The notes: generated by a model from the letters alone, not told the origin. A stretch of 64,000 nt of DNA from Macrostomum hystrix (GCA_950097015.1 CATNEN010000034.1:620001-684000), one strand, 5' to 3'; numbered from the stretch's first letter, positions 14,709-29,371 are shown. Translations and numbers: made by a program.

Positions 14709-15625
14709 CCCACACTCCCGATCCCCATTCCCCGATCCCACACTCTCGATCCCCAATCCCCTATCCCACACTCCCGATCCCCAATCCCCTATCCTACACT
14801 CCCGATCCCCAATCCCCTATCTTACACTCCCGATCCCCAATCCCCTATCCTACACTCCCGATCCCCAATCTCCTATCCTACACTCCCGATCCCACACTCC
14901 CCAATCCCACACTCCCGATCCCCAATCCCGAATCCCCTATCCTACACTCCCGATCCCACACTCCCGATCCCCAATCCCCTATCCTACACTCCCGATCCCC
15001 AATCTCCTATCCTACATTCCCGATCCCACACTCCCCGATCCCACACTCCCGATCCCCAATCCCGAATCCCCTATCCTACACTCCCGATCCCACACTCCCG
15101 ATCCCCAATCCCCTATCCTACACTCCCGATCCCACACTCCCGATCCCCAATCCCCTATCCTACACTCCCGATCCCACACTCCCGATCCCAAATCCCCTAT
15201 CCTACACTCCCAATCCCACACTCCCGATCCCCAATCCCCTATCCTACACTCCCGATCCCACACTCCTGATCCCCAATCCCCTATCCTACACTCCCGATCC
15301 CACACTCCCGATCCCCAATCCCCTATCCTACACTCCGATCCCCAATTCCCTATCCTACACTCCCGATCCCACACTCCCGATCCCCAATCCCCTATCCTAC
15401 ACTCCCGATCCCCAATCCCCTATCCTACACTCCCGATCCCCAATCCCCTATCCTACACTCCCGATCCCACACTCCTGATCCCCAATCCCCTATCCTACAC
15501 TCCCGATCCCACACTCCCGATCCCCAATCCCCTATCCTACACTCCTGATCCCCAATCCCCTATCCTACACTCCCGATCCCACACTCCTGATCCCCAATCC
15601 CTATCCTACACTCCCGATCCCCAAT
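14709..15625. repeat. C-rich 14/28-bp minisatellite (ccgatccccaatcccctatcctacactc)
   Basis: Tandem mix of 28-bp and 14-bp (ccgatcccacactc) units. Confidence 0.95.
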
Positions 15626-16485
15626 GACAGATCCCCAATGACAGCATACGAGAAGGTAGATCGTCAGGAAGTTATCTGACCTGAAGCGCTGAGTTTCACT
15701 GCTTGGTCTCCAGCTTTCACTCAAGCGAACTCAAAACGCCCCGTGCTCACGCTGAGCATATGTGCCGCCGCAGGCACACACTGGCAGTGAGAGGATATTG
15801 CTCATTAGCGAATCGCTCTCGGAGGTTGACACAAGGCAAATGTGGAATGTGACTTTGTTCCAATCCACGCAAATTTATCCGAGTTTGGCCTTTATCTAAT
15901 CGCCACTATTTGTTGCAACAAGCTCATCAACTCGACTGCCATGCATTATGAATGGCGCGTCACTAACATTGTTGTATAGGCTCCCTCTTGTTTCCAAGCC
16001 GTTTGGTAGAAAAGTGGGCGGAACCTTGGTCCCTTACTCTTAAAATGATATCTTAACCATCTGACAGACAGAGCTCGCTATTGGGCAAGTCAAATTTCTC
16101 CAGTTAAAAACTTTTCCAGAACTATATAGGGACCATCTGACTTTGTCTAACAATAATCTACCGATTTGTGTCATAGACAAATTTGGCACCGGCCAGCTGT
16201 GCTAGTGCTTCCACACCAATGGGCACGGGGTCCTGTGTACACTAGACATGCAGTCATTGTTGAGTATAGCTGTCACGGAATAATAAGGGGGGATAATATA
16301 GGGGTGAATGTTGTCTTGCTACTAACCAGACACAAAATAGTCTGCCTGGTCTGACCAGTTTGTGTTCCGCTTCGAAAGCTAAATCAAAACACTGACAAAC
16401 AAGCCGATTAGGCATTTTAAATCCTTCAGAATCCTTTAAACAATTGTAGCATGCTCTAAGACTGAACTATCTACCAGGGACATCT

Positions 16486-16979
16486 GTGCTTGATCTATTA
16501 GTGGAGTGATACACCAGTGCTTGATCAATTCAGTGGGAGTGATACACCAGTGCTTGATCAATTCAGCGGGAGTGATACACCAGTGCTTGATCAATTCAGC
16601 GGGAGTGATATACCAGTGCTTGATCAATTCAGCGGGAGTGATACACCAGTGCTTGATCAATTCAGCGGGAGTGATATACCAGTGCTTGATCAATTCAGCG
16701 GGAGTGATATACCAGTGCTTGATCAATTCAGCGGGAGTGATATACCAGTGCTTGATCAATTCGGCGGGAGTGATACACCAGTGCTTGGTCAATTCAGTGG
16801 GAGTGATACACCAGTGCTTGATCAATTCAGCGGCAGTGATATACCAGTGCTTGATCAATTCAGTGGGAGTGATACACCAGTGCTTGATCAATTCAGCGGG
16901 AGTGATATACCAGTGCTTGATCAATTCAGTGGGAGTGATACACCAGTGCTTGATCAATTCAGCGGGAGTGATATACCAG
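16486..16979. repeat. 33-bp minisatellite (ttgatcaattcagcgggagtgatataccagtgc)
   Basis: ~15 copies. Confidence 0.95.
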
Positions 16980-17642
16980 CGGGATTTTGATCAAATATTT
17001 TTAATAGGATTAAGATGCCATTGGATAAGTGTAGATAATGTTTGTAGGTTACAAAGTATTTATTGTTTTATATTTATCATTTAGCTTTTCTTTTCTAATA
17101 TCCACCTTTACTAAATCTTTTTTTTACTAATTTCGTGTGATTTTATTTTATAAATCAATTAAGCGAAGTTGTACGCATGGCAACACGCCTGCACATTTAC
17201 CAAAATGCTTTGGTCCCATTAAACTTAATAAGCACAAAAACTATAATTGAATTTTTGCACATAATAATTGCCAATGCAACCTGTAGGGCTGGCTAACAAG
17301 TACTAATGGGCCAACTCAAACTAAGGCAAGACAATTTGCACCACACCCTCACTCCTAGGTCGATCGCACATTGTGTTTGTACACAGAGAACTTGTTGATT
17401 CCATTGCTCATTTCCACCCTGTTATCACCTCATTGCTGGGGGGGATCATGCCCGCTTTTACACTGCCGACTATACAATTCCGAGTGCAAGCAGATAATTG
17501 AATTAATAAAATCAAATAATGCTGGAGCAGGTTCTTGCCTCATTCAAGAAACACCAACTTCCACGTGTAAATAGTCCTGCTAAAAGATGGCCTTCTTAGG
17601 CCGTCTCTAGTTTTTACTAACAGTCGTATCATGATGGGGATA

Positions 17643-18017
17643 TCAGCAGTCGTGACATCATTACACTAGGGTGTAAGCAGTCGTGTCATCATTACACTAG
17701 GGTGTAAGCAGTCGTGTCATCATTACACTAGGGTGTCAGCAGTCGTGTCATCATTACACTAGGGTGCCAGCAGTCGTGTCATCATTACACTAGGGTGTCA
17801 GCAGTCGTGTCATCATTACACTCGGGTGTCAGCAGTCGTGTCATCATTACACTAGGGTGTCAGCAGTCGTATCATCATTACACTAGGGTGTCAGCAGTCG
17901 TGTCATCATTACACTAGGGTGCCAGCAGTCGTGCCATCATTACACTAGGGTGTCAGCAGTCGTGTCATCATTACACTAGGGTGTCAGCAGTCGTGTCATC
18001 ATTACACTAGGGTGTCA
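17643..18017. repeat. 31-bp minisatellite (cagcagtcgtgtcatcattacactagggtgt)
   Basis: ~12 copies, ending ~470 bp upstream of the Hmx ATG. Confidence 0.95.
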
Positions 18018-18269
18018 AGATGTCAGAAAAAGATTGAAAATTGTGGAAAAGGTGGTTTTTGACAAAAATTAACCCAGGGCCCACATATTTGTTATTCTTA
18101 TCTTCGAAAGCGAAATGATTTTTATCTGCACAGCTTGTCCTGCCTTGTCTAGCTCTTTGTCCAGTCAGACAGATACAATTTCAGTTTCCTTTCAGTGTTA
18201 AAGCAGCTCATTAAAGACTGAGCAAACTGCTCATTTGTTCCGAGCGATTTCGGATAAAGTATCGTCGCC

Positions 18270-18400
18270 CGCACCACTGACTGGGCCAGCCAATGGCAGC
18301 CCGACTTGGCGGGCAGTGGAGGGGTGGCGGGCAGGTGGGAGCACGGGGCGGGAGGTGGGGCGTTGATAAATTCGCGGCGCTCTGGAGAACAGGCCAGAAG
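18270..18400 (+). promoter_or_regulatory. Candidate Hmx core promoter
   Basis: CCAAT box (cagccaatgg, ~18286), several GC boxes (ggggcggg) and a GATAAA element ~120 nt upstream of the Hmx ATG. Confidence 0.4.
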
Positions 18401-18488
18401 AGAAAATAAATTAGTGGAAGCCTCCTGAGCAAACGGACCCAGAACCTGACCGAACTTAGAGTTCAGTTTAAGCCAAGCAAACAAAAGC

Positions 18489-19057
18489 ATGACCACGAAC
18501 CAGACTCAGGAGTCCGGAGTGGAGCCCGCACCGGAGGACGCCAGTCGAGGACTAACCAACCTGACACCATCGCCGCCTCCACCACCACCGCCGCCGCCAC
18601 CGGCGTCCTCGTCAAAAGGTAAAAGGGCGGCTTCGGCCAGCAGCCGCACCGGGTTCAGCATCAGCAGCATCTTGCGAATGCCCGCCAACAAGAGGCCGCG
18701 TGCCTCTGACGGCAGCGACGTCACTGACGATGCGATGGCTCAGCCTTCAATGCAGCCGCAGCCGCAGCCGCAGCTGCAGCCGCTACCGCCGCCGCAGATG
18801 TCGTCGCCGCCAGTCTCGATGCCGTTGGACCTAAGCGATCCACGCTCCCACCTGGCCGCTAGTTTGGCCGCTGCAGCAGCCGCGGCAGCCGCCGCAGCCG
18901 CTCAGGGCGTCGGCAGCCAGCCGTTCCCGGTGCTGGCGTTTCCGCCGAACCACCCGCTGCTGCACCAGGCCTACATGGACATGCAGGCTAAAGCGGCCGC
19001 TGCGGCTGCTCTCTGCCAACCGTGCTGGTTCCCGACATCGCAGGCTCTGCCACAGTC

Positions 19058-19092
<35 letters not shown>

Positions 19093-21525
19093 CGGCGCTG
19101 CCGCCTCACAGCGCTGCCGCGGCGGCATTCCTACGCCAGTGCTTCGCCGAGGCGGGCGGAATGGGATTCGGCAATGTCGCACCTGGCAGCGTGGGCGGCA
19201 TTGTCAGTGGCGGGTCCCAGGTGGTCGTCGGTGGATTCGTCGGCGCCGGCGCTGGGGGCATGAAAACGCAGCGTGAGTGCTCGCAACAGTTTTTTGTTTA
19301 TTTCCTTTTTAATTTTTTTCTTACAATTCGATGTTAAACAAGTTTATTGATAACAAATTCTCGAAAATGTTCGCACATTGCCATTCCGATGGTACAAAAG
19401 CTGATAAGACACAAGGTAGTTTGAGTTTGCCCGAGTATCTTTGTTGGGTTTGTATAAGCTTGCTCTGCATCGCATGTTTAGCGACTTTTAGCGTGTCATT
19501 TTTGCTCACTTTTATCATGGCTAACTATAATAATTGCGGGATCTTTCGGGGCAAAGACAATAGAATCCTAGTTGCGCAATTTTTAGTGACTCCTGTCGGT
19601 CCCAAACACCCAATGCTGGAGGGTTGATTTTTTCACCTTCTCACATTGCTACATGCTCACAGTTTTCAACGTTGATGGGACCCCCCTTAATTTCAGTTAA
19701 TTTTCGAGCCCAATGCTCATGCAATTAGTCTTTTTTTAGCTTCCGACATTGCTAGCGGGGAGTAAAACAAATCTATATTTTAATTTATGAGTGGCTACAC
19801 AAGCGATCCTGCGAATGCCCCGAAGGGCTCTGTCGTTTGCTTATAAAAAAGCACAACTCGCGGATAGGCGTGCTTGTTGTTTCAAGCTCATTCGATCGAG
19901 TCAACGAGAGCTGCGCTTTTTTTGTTATAACACAGACACACGCTAAATAGGGGGTCCCGTGTTCCATCTGTCTCTTAGTAATATAGTAACCAGCTTTATA
20001 ATTATTATCAAAACTAAACATTTATAGAGTTTAAAGACAGCTAGATGAGTTCACTGATAAAAATCTTCGGTGAGTCGGCAGTGTCGTGCCAGTTCGCTGA
20101 GTTGATTTTCTAGGCAGTCTTCAGGGATACCAACTAACGACCTGGGAGAGAAAAAAGAAACAGAAAAAGCGTCACCGTTCTGAGTAGGCTGATTTCCTGG
20201 AAAAGCAGAGGCTTCCCCACAATGATTTTTGATCATTGGCAAACCCGATCGATTGAGCAAGCTGAAGGAAGGGGGCGTGGCCCTTTTTAACAAGGAGGAG
20301 CTGTCAGAAAGATTTGTTATGTTAAATCAAAATCACCACCAGCAATTAAGGTATTACAAACTTTTCACTTGGACTCAGGAGAGTCGAGCTCCGCCCACAC
20401 CTACTCAAACATTCTCTAATCTCATCGACTCAAACTCTTCGTTTCAATAGGCTAGATTTTAATCAAACAGAGCTTCAGTTTGACTCCGAAAGGTATAAAA
20501 TCAAAGCCCTAAATAATACAGAACAATCCTTGCCAAATATTTTCGCAACAGGCCAGCAACAGCAGCAGCAGCAGCACCTACAGCAGGCCTCCATTGCCGC
20601 AGGTTTTCGTCCGACTGGCCAGGCAGGAAAATCTCGCCGAGCAGCAACAGCAGCTGCGAACGCGTCCACCGCTGCCGACGCACACGAAGCTGACGACCTA
20701 GCCGCCGATGGAGCAGCCGGAGTGTCCAGCTGCTCAGATCCAGCCATCGTCAGCGCCGACCCAGCCACCACCGGCATGGGCGTCGGCCAAGACGACGAAT
20801 ATGACAACGATGAAGATGCCGCGGCCGCCATGATGGATGACGACGTCGACATGGACGACGAAGACGACGACGGCAGCGGTGCAGGCGGCGGCCTTGACGA
20901 CTCGAAAGACGAAGACACCGACGGTCGGGACGGTTCAGCGCCGTCCGGACTCGGCTCGTTGAAGCGCAAGAAGAAGACTAGGACGGTGTTCTCTCGCTCG
21001 CAGGTGTTCCAGCTGGAGTCGACCTTCGACATGAAGCGCTACCTGTCCAGCTCGGAGCGGGCCGGCCTGGCCCACGCGTTGCAGCTCACCGAGACCCAGG
21101 TGAAAATCTGGTTCCAGAATCGGCGCAACAAATGGAAGCGGCAGTTGGCGGCGGAAATCGAAGCTGCCAATCTGGCCGCCGCCAATCTGGTGGCCGCCAA
21201 CCGCATGGTCCGCGTGCCCATCCTCTACCACGACCAGAAGGCGCCAAGTCCCAGCGGCTCGGATGCCGAGTCAACAGCTGGCAGCAACGGAAATGCCGGC
21301 TCAGGCGGCGGCAACGCTGGTGGCAACGGTGGCAACGGTGGCAGCGGCGGCGTCAGCACCGGGAACGGCGGCGGCAACAATGACAGCGCCACTTCAGCGA
21401 CTAAGACGGCGGCGTTCGTCACTGCCGGTCAAGCTTTCTCCGGCGCCTTCCCGAATCCGCTTTACCTGACTGCGACGGGTTTCGGCTCGCCAATCAGGTC
21501 CGGCGGCCTCCCCGGCATGGTTTGA
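18489..21525 (+). CDS. Hmx: Hmx/NK5 homeobox transcription factor; exons 18489-19272, 20552-21525 (585 aa)
   Basis: Homeodomain [60 protein letters not shown] (20965-21144) is followed by the HMX-specific motifs LAAEIEAAN and VRVPILYH. An eh1 motif FSISSIL lies at 18654-18674. Donor GTGAGT at 19273 and acceptor AG at 20550-20551 are phase 1; total 1758 nt is in frame. Confidence 0.95.
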
Positions 21526-21628
21526 TTGGACGGCTAAGATAGTTTCGATGTACACCACTCTGCTGGGCATCCTGCACTGCATTCTCAAACCCTTTGATTC
21601 ATCTACGACATGCCTGCTCCGTACTATC

Positions 21629-21800
21629 ACACCCACCCCAAGATTCTCTAGCCCCCTGCTCTGTACAAGCTACAAGCGCACCCACCCCAAGATTCTCTAA
21701 CCCCTTCTCCGTACAAGCGCACCCACCCCAAGATTCTCTAACCCCTTCTCCGTACAAGCACCCACCCCAAGATTTTCATACCCAATGCTCTGTACAAACA
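21629..21800. repeat. ~41-bp short tandem repeat just 3' of the Hmx stop codon
   Basis: cacccaccccaagattctctaaccccttctccgtacaag, ~4 copies. Confidence 0.8.
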
Positions 21801-22564
21801 CACGTTTCGCACAGTGTAGCCATTGTATGCAAGCTGAGAAAATGAAAATCAAATGAATTGGAAAATCAATCAATGTTTCATTCGCGCGCAAAAGTGAAGT
21901 AAAAATGACAATGTTTTCCTTTGTTTTTTTTAAGGCATGCTTTCTGTTTCAAATTCTTGCTTTTTAAACTATGTATTTGATAAGCTTTAATGAGATTTAG
22001 TGTCATTGTGGTTCTATAGCTGACAATAAAAAACAATAGACAAATTTTTGATGCCCTCTGCAGTCACCACCGACCTGTACCTGCGCAGTACTATTGCACC
22101 TGCTTAATTTTGCGTTCTTCGTAAATCGATTCTATGATATTGCTCGATGCTTTTTTAACTTGAAAAGTTAAAACAAATAAAATATTTGTCACAATTTTCA
22201 ACCATAGGGTGTATCTTCTTCATCACTGACTGTACATTCAAGCATGCGAACACCAACTGATGCCAGTGTTGTGCTCACCGTGTTGTCATTTTTCAGCAGA
22301 CGACAATAAATCCGCATATATCCGCGTACATATAATTATTTAGAGTACAATGCTCCAGCCATAAAGTCGAAATATTAATATGATTAACTTCTTTTTACTT
22401 CTCGAATTTTCAATATGCTGAATCTGTACATCCATTCCTGTTTGGTAGATGTTTCACTAAATAAATATATTTGCAGTCAAAACGACAGTGCGTATATAGT
22501 CCGTAAGATATACTATTAAATTATTGTGTGCTCCTGTTGATCTCTGTATGATTGATTACTTGCA

Positions 22565-22779
<215 letters not shown>

Positions 22780-23384
22780 CTTAACTCTTTAAGTAAGTAG
22801 CTGTGTTTGAGATGATGCGGGAATAGGAGACAGTTTTGCTTGGCTGAAGTATTTCTTTAAGTCGAGGCCATCCCACCCGGGTATTCCAGATCCCAATCAT
22901 TATTAGCACGCTGCTGCAGTGGTTCAGATGGGAGAACACTTGCGCGGTCAGTTTCCCCACAATGAGCGAGTCCACAGCCGTGAGGATAATTGGGATTTAA
23001 AATCTTAACGAGAATGGGAATAAATTGCCCCGAGGGTAAGACACCCGAAGGAGTGGCTTTGATAAGGATCAATTTTTGAGAGCTGGGATTCTGACGAGCT
23101 TCACAATTAGTTTAGTCACACTTCTCGCTGCCTCTTCCTCATATTTCTCTTTTCTCTTTTTTCTTTACCCTTCCCCTGATTTTTCTCCATAAATGCTTAT
23201 CTGTCCTCTAGTCTCTAAACTTGTCTGTATTATTTTATCTCCAAATCGGAACATTGCACCAAGGTTCCTGAGCTCGAATCCGCGACGAGGCCCAGTTAAG
23301 TTTGGGCCGCAGCCGCGGAGAGAAGGCTTGGTGGCTTGTCGTACAAACTCATGTCAGGAAGTCAAGGCAGATTTGCACACCTGA

Positions 23385-23898
23385 TTGAGTGTGTGCTCAG
23401 TGTTTGAGTGTGTGCTCAGGGTTTGAGTGTGTGCTCAGGGTTTGAGTGTGTGCTCAGGGTTTGAGTGTGTGCTCAGGGTTTGAGTGTGTGCTCAGGGTTT
23501 GAGTGTGTGCTCAGGGTTTGAGTGTGTGCTCAGGGTTTGAGTGTGTGCTCAGGGTTTGAGTGTGTGCTCAGGGTTTGAGTGTGTGCTCAGGGTTTGAGTG
23601 TGTGCTCAGGGTTTGAGTGTGTGCTCAGGGTTTGAGTGTGTGCTCAGGGTTTGAGTGTGTGCTCAGGGTTTGAGTGTGTGCTCAGGGTTTGAGTGTGTGC
23701 TCAGGGTTTGAGTGTGTGCTCAGGGTTTGAGTGTGTGCTCAGGGTTTGAGTGTGTGCTCAGGGTTTGAGTGTGTGCTCAGGGTTTGAGTGTGTGCTCAGG
23801 GTTTGAGTGTGTGCTCAGGGTTTGAGTGTGTGCTCAGGGTTTGAGTGTGTGCTCAGGGTTTGAGTGTGTGCTCAGGGTTTGAGTGTGTGCTCAGGGTT
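23385..23898. repeat. 19-bp minisatellite (tttgagtgtgtgctcaggg)
   Basis: ~27 essentially perfect copies; TGAG..CTCA mini-palindrome in each unit. Confidence 0.97.
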
Positions 23899-23910
23899 CC
23901 GTCAGTCACA

Positions 23911-24035
23911 GATGTTGTAGTCCAGTGATTAGGGCTTCGGACTTTCGAGCTGGAGGTCATGAGTTCGAATATCATGCTGTGGAGGAAAATTTATAGCGAT
24001 TTGGACGGTCTGCACTGTCCATGGACTGAACTGAT
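23911..24035 (+). mobile_element. SINE copy with internal deletion (tRNA head + 3' motif)
   Basis: gatgttgtagtccagtgattaggg...gagttcgaat head is followed shortly by gtccatggactgaac, a motif shared with the 10467 and 44791 copies. The CORE part is missing. Confidence 0.55.
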
Positions 24036-24746
24036 GTACATATGTACAGGGTTAAGGTTAAGGCTGTGTACCAACTGCATTGGCTAGGTGAAATCTCTCT
24101 ATTTCTCTTCTTTCAGGGTCAGTGAAATTGGTAGTAATTGCCTCTGAAAAGTTTATACGACTTTCTCAAAAACTTTTTCTAGATTTGCTTCATTTGAATT
24201 TTCGCGTAAATTATTGCTTCTGCTGTTAGTCTTTCCAAATCGATTCGCTTTGTCCTAGGCCTTTAAGATCAATGCTAGTTGCCAGGTGGGAAAACAGAAT
24301 ATTTATTTTCCTTCAATCCCATTCGCATGGCAAACTGCTCAGATCACTAGCCTTCTAAATGAGGATAATTAAGGAGTGATGAAAAACGAGAATCACCCAA
24401 GTCTCTGTTGCCTTTTTTCCTACAATCGGATAGATCCTCTTAATGAGGCATCAAACGGATTCGCCAACTGCTCTGGAGGGGGTTGGCGCGCTAATCCTCG
24501 ATCCACCTCGAACCCTGAGCCCCGGCAACAACCTAATACTCGCTGATGTGTGAGCAGCAAACTACTCGAGGTCTGTTTCATCGCTACAAACTGATCTCAG
24601 GCCTAACTCCTATCCTAATCTGCCTTTGCCAACGACCTACGTTCCTCACCAATATCGCTCTTAATGAGTTCCGCGTTCTCAACTCAAAACTCAAGCTTAG
24701 GATGTTGCTGTTAGCGAGATAATTAATTTATATTGGAGTGTTATGC

Positions 24747-24955
24747 CTACGGAATCTCTAGATCTGTGTCTACGGAATCTCTAGATCTGTGTCTACGGAA
24801 TCTCTAGATCTGTGTCTACGGAATCTCTAGATCTGTGTCTACGGAATCTCTAGATCTGTGTCTACGGAATCTCTAGATCTGTGTCTACGGAATCTCTAGA
24901 TCTGTGTCTACGGAATCTCTAGATCTGTGTCTACGGAATCTCTAGATCTGTGTCT
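24747..24955. repeat. 23-bp minisatellite (ctacggaatctctagatctgtgt)
   Basis: 9 perfect copies, with degenerate TCTAGA-rich sequence continuing to ~25150. Confidence 0.95.
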
Positions 24956-25953
24956 GATGAATATCTCATTATGTTTTTAAAGAATTTCTAGAATCTCTAG
25001 ATCTCAGGTTAAGTGTCTGAAGAGTGTCTAGATGATTCTGTAGAATGCGTAGATCGAGTATCTAAAGAATCCCTAGAATGTCTAGTTCTGTATTAGAAAA
25101 ATCTACAGATAAGTGTCTGAAGATCTATAGATTCTGTTTGAGATTTCAAGATGATCATTTAGAAATATCAGATATCCTGAAGGGCTGAGCAGACACAATC
25201 AAATCATTATTAATGGCATTGACAAATTTAAAATTCCCCATAAACTTGGCTTCCACTGACTGTGTATAGTCGAGCTTACAAGACAGTATTCCAACCGCTT
25301 CATCATGAAGAAAAAAAAGCTTGAAACAAAACCCGGACACGTGGCCGTCATCGTCAGGACAGGATGGGCAGAAAAAAACTATGCCGGCATGGATCTGCAC
25401 CGAGTGCAAAACGATGCAGATAAGGCTGACATGCGACCCGAGCTGTCTTCAGGAGTTGGGAATTAAAGAAATCCCTTTTCACCAACCCCAACCTCCATTC
25501 ACTAGCAAACTGACTGTGTCACACACGATTCTCCATTATGCCCAACTTAAAGAGGCTAAGTTTAATCGCAATTGTCATTAGTGGATTTGGCTAAAAGCAA
25601 GTTGAGACTATTGAATGAGCTGTTTTGCGCAATGCACCGCTTTTCAATTGCTTTTGTAAGGCCTGTCTGGCTTGACTGTCTGAAGGAATCTCATGTTCCC
25701 TTGTCTCATGGGGTTTGTTATGATACACGCTTTGAATTGTTCTTACAAATTTTTGGCCAAAAGCCACGACACACTCGCGACGTGAAGATTTAGAGAGATA
25801 GAACAACCGATCATGTTGCCACTGACATTGCGGGGGGGGCAGCGGCGTCGGCGGCAGATGGACTGGCTAAGTACTTGGGCCTAGAAAACACAACCTCATA
25901 GATATCCTCTGAAATATCCTCTGAAAGGATCTAGAAAGTTACGAGTATTAGAA

Positions 25954-26851
25954 AGATCTAGAAAGTTATTAGGATCAGATCTAGAAAGTTATTAGGATCA
26001 GATCTAGAAAGTTATTAGGATCAGATCTAGAAAGTTATTAGGATCAGATCTAGAAAGTTATTAGGATCAGATCTAGAAAGTTATTAGGATCAGATCTAGA
26101 AAGTTATTAGGATCAGATCTAGAAAGTTATTAGGATCAGATCTAGAAAGTTATTAGGATCAGATCTAGAAAGTTATTAGGATCAGATCTAGAAAGTTATT
26201 AGGATCAGATCTAGAAAGTTATTAGGATCAGATCTAGAAAGTTATTAGGATCAGATCTAGAAAGTTATTAGGATCAGATCTAGAAAGTTATTAGGATCAG
26301 ATCTAGAAAGTTATTAGGATCAGATCTAGAAAGTTATTAGGATCAGATCTAGAAAGTTATTAGGATCAGATCTAGAAAGTTATTAGGATCAGATCTAGAA
26401 AGTTATTAGGATCAGATCTAGAAAGTTATTAGGATCAGATCTAGAAAGTTATTAGGATCAGATCTAGAAAGTTATTAGGATCAGATCTAGAAAGTTATTA
26501 GGATCAGATCTAGAAAGTTATTAGGATCAGATCTAGAAAGTTATTAGGATCAGATCTAGAAAGTTATTAGGATCAGATCTAGAAAGTTATTAGGATCAGA
26601 TCTAGAAAGTTATTAGGATCAGATCTAGAAAGTTATTAGGATCAGATCTAGAAAGTTATTAGGATCAGATCTAGAAAGTTATTAGGATCAGATCTAGAAA
26701 GTTATTAGGATCAGATCTAGAAAGTTATTAGGATCAGATCTAGAAAGTTATTAGGATCAGATCTAGAAAGTTATTAGGATCAGATCTAGAAAGTTATTAG
26801 GATCAGATCTAGAAAGTTATTAGGATCAGATCTAGAAAGTTATTAGGATCA
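25954..26851. repeat. 23-bp minisatellite (gatctagaaagttattaggatca)
   Basis: ~39 perfect copies. Confidence 0.98.
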
Positions 26852-27943
26852 GTTTTACGGCAGATGTCTGAGCAACTTCCCCGCAGTCTAAATGGATTGC
26901 TGAGTGATGGCAATTTGACTCCCAGCAATGTTGGATGAAGAAATTGCATGCCCCCAGACAATTGCAGTTTAGGTCTTCGTGCAAATCTCAATGCGGCCAT
27001 TCTGTTTTACCGGAGAGACAATTTGAGCACGAAAAAAAATTGCTCATGCAGTGTCTCATTACGCATCTGCGGATAAGCGTAGATGATAAAGGATTGATGA
27101 CTCTATATTTCATGTCCCAGTTCAATTACGAGTCTTTGATTTTCCCTTTTAACGATTCCTGCTTCAAGATCTGCTTGCTGTGTGTGTGTGTTTCGTTGAA
27201 AATCTGAGATTCCTATGCTTCCTGCTCAATGAGTTTTGAGAAGCGAAGAGGATTATTATCAGCATTTTAGCTGATAATTTGACCAGCTAATGTCACAAGC
27301 CGCCGTGCGAGAGGCTGGCGCTGCCAAAATTACTTTCTAGAATGAGAATAGAGAAGGTGTGCGTTTCGCAAGGAAGTCAGGTTGAATGGGCTGATGAAAG
27401 GAAACACGAGGGAGAAATGATGATTGAGCCGCTGGTTATTACGACAGGAATAGTCGAGTTTAGCATGCCAGAATCGAGAAATCCTCTGGCGGGCCTTCCG
27501 GAGTAGAGTCAGCCTCACCCCTCCCATCCAAACTCTCATCGCCCTGAGCTTATGATTGTAGTCTATTAGCCATCATTTCTGCTGATTTGATGAGGCCCGC
27601 GCCTCATGTCGGGAAACACGGCGTGTTATCCCCTCCTCCACCCCTCTCCGCTTTCTCCCGTCCTTCATCTAACGTTTGTTTCCATGAAAAATCGGCACGA
27701 GCTGCTGCTGTATGGCGCCATGGGGGTTCATCTCACAATTAATCACTTGGCGAGCACGGCTTAATCCTAATCCGCTACACACTCCTTATTCTCTTCGTTC
27801 AATTAGTTTGCACTGCCTTTTTACAGGTGTGCTGCCTCTGTTGCCGCTGTTAATAGGAAATTTATGGGTGGGCCATGGCAACAAAATGATTATCGCGATA
27901 AGGCGCAACCACTGCGAAAAGGCGGCACTTGTTGAGAAGGCTG

Positions 27944-28636
27944 CACTGTTCTGTCACTCCACTGTTCTGTCACTCCACTGTTCTGTCACTCCACTGTTCT
28001 GTCACTCCACTGTTCTGTCACTCCACTATTCTGTCACTCCACTGTTCTGTCACTCCACTGTTCTGTCACTCCACTGTTCTGTCACTCCACTGTTCTGTCA
28101 CTCCACTGTTCTGTCACTCCACTGTTCTGTCACTCCACTGTTCTGTCACTCCACTGTTCTGTCACTCCACTGTTCTATCACTCCACTGTTCTGTCACTCC
28201 ACTGTTCTGTCACTCCACTGTTCTGTCACTCCACTGTTCTGTCACTCCACTGTTCTGTCACTCCACTGTTCTGTCACTCCACTGTTCTGTCACCCACTGT
28301 TCTGTCACTCCACTGTTCTGTCACTCCACTGTTCTGTCACTCCACTGTTCTGTCACTCCACTGTTCTGTCACTCCACTGTTCTGTCACCCACTGTTCTGT
28401 CACTCCACTGTTCTGTCACTCCACTGTTCTGTCACTCCACTGTTCTGTCACTCAACAGTCACTCCACTGTTCTGTCACTCCACTGTTCTGTCACTCCACT
28501 GTTCTGTCACTCCACTGTTCTGTCACTCAACAGTCACTCCACTGTTCTGTCACTCCACTGTTCTGTCACTCCACTATTCTGTCACTCCACTGTTCTGTAA
28601 CTCCTCTGTTCTGTCACTCCGCTGTTCCGTCACTCT
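27944..28636. repeat. 16-bp minisatellite (ctgttctgtcactcca)
   Basis: ~43 copies. Confidence 0.97.
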
Positions 28637-29371
28637 CCATCAACTCATACAGCACAATGGACCATTGCAATGTGCTCGCTTCAGTTGCAATCAAACTGTA
28701 ATCCGCTACGCGGTTTATAAAATCACAGTCATTGGAGATCACGACCAGCGCAGCAGGATGCCCTTGGGTAATTAATGCGAGCAGGGTGGCACCAGCAAAC
28801 CGATACAACAAAACTTCAGAGATATGAAGAGGCTGCAAAGGAGACACAGATGAAAACGATGGGCTGCAGGACACAAAAGGGACTGACGGCACGAGCTGCA
28901 GTCACGGAAGCCACAAGCTGCTGTGTTCGATTCCTTGCTCATAATCGAATATCTCCCTTTCATTCTCCTAGGCCGTCTGTATCGATGCGCATTTGTCACG
29001 CCTTCTCACCTCTGCCACAATGCAGCTCCAGTTTCCCCATGTCTCTATGAGTTGCTCTGATTTCATAACTCACACAAAGCAGTCAGGGGAGATTTGAACA
29101 GCGGATAAATACCTCGGGGGCAGTCGAGTTCCCACTACAAATGGGATCAAGTTCCCGCCTCCCCTACAAACTCATTGCCACTGTCGTCTGATCTATTCGA
29201 AAATTCGTTTATTCCCATATTTTTAAGGTAGTCACGCGATGAAATCCTTAGCAAGCTTTTTGCGCATTGAGGTGGAGTTGCTGAAGTGGCTGAGAAGTAG
29301 CGAATCGGTGAAACATCCCAGCAACTGCACCCCGTAATGAACCATTAAACCTATTGATCTGGGCAAGCCTA

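Noticed and set aside
23385-26851. CRISPR-like regular repeats
   Set aside because: Units are directly abutting with no unique spacers, there are no cas genes, and the context is eukaryotic.
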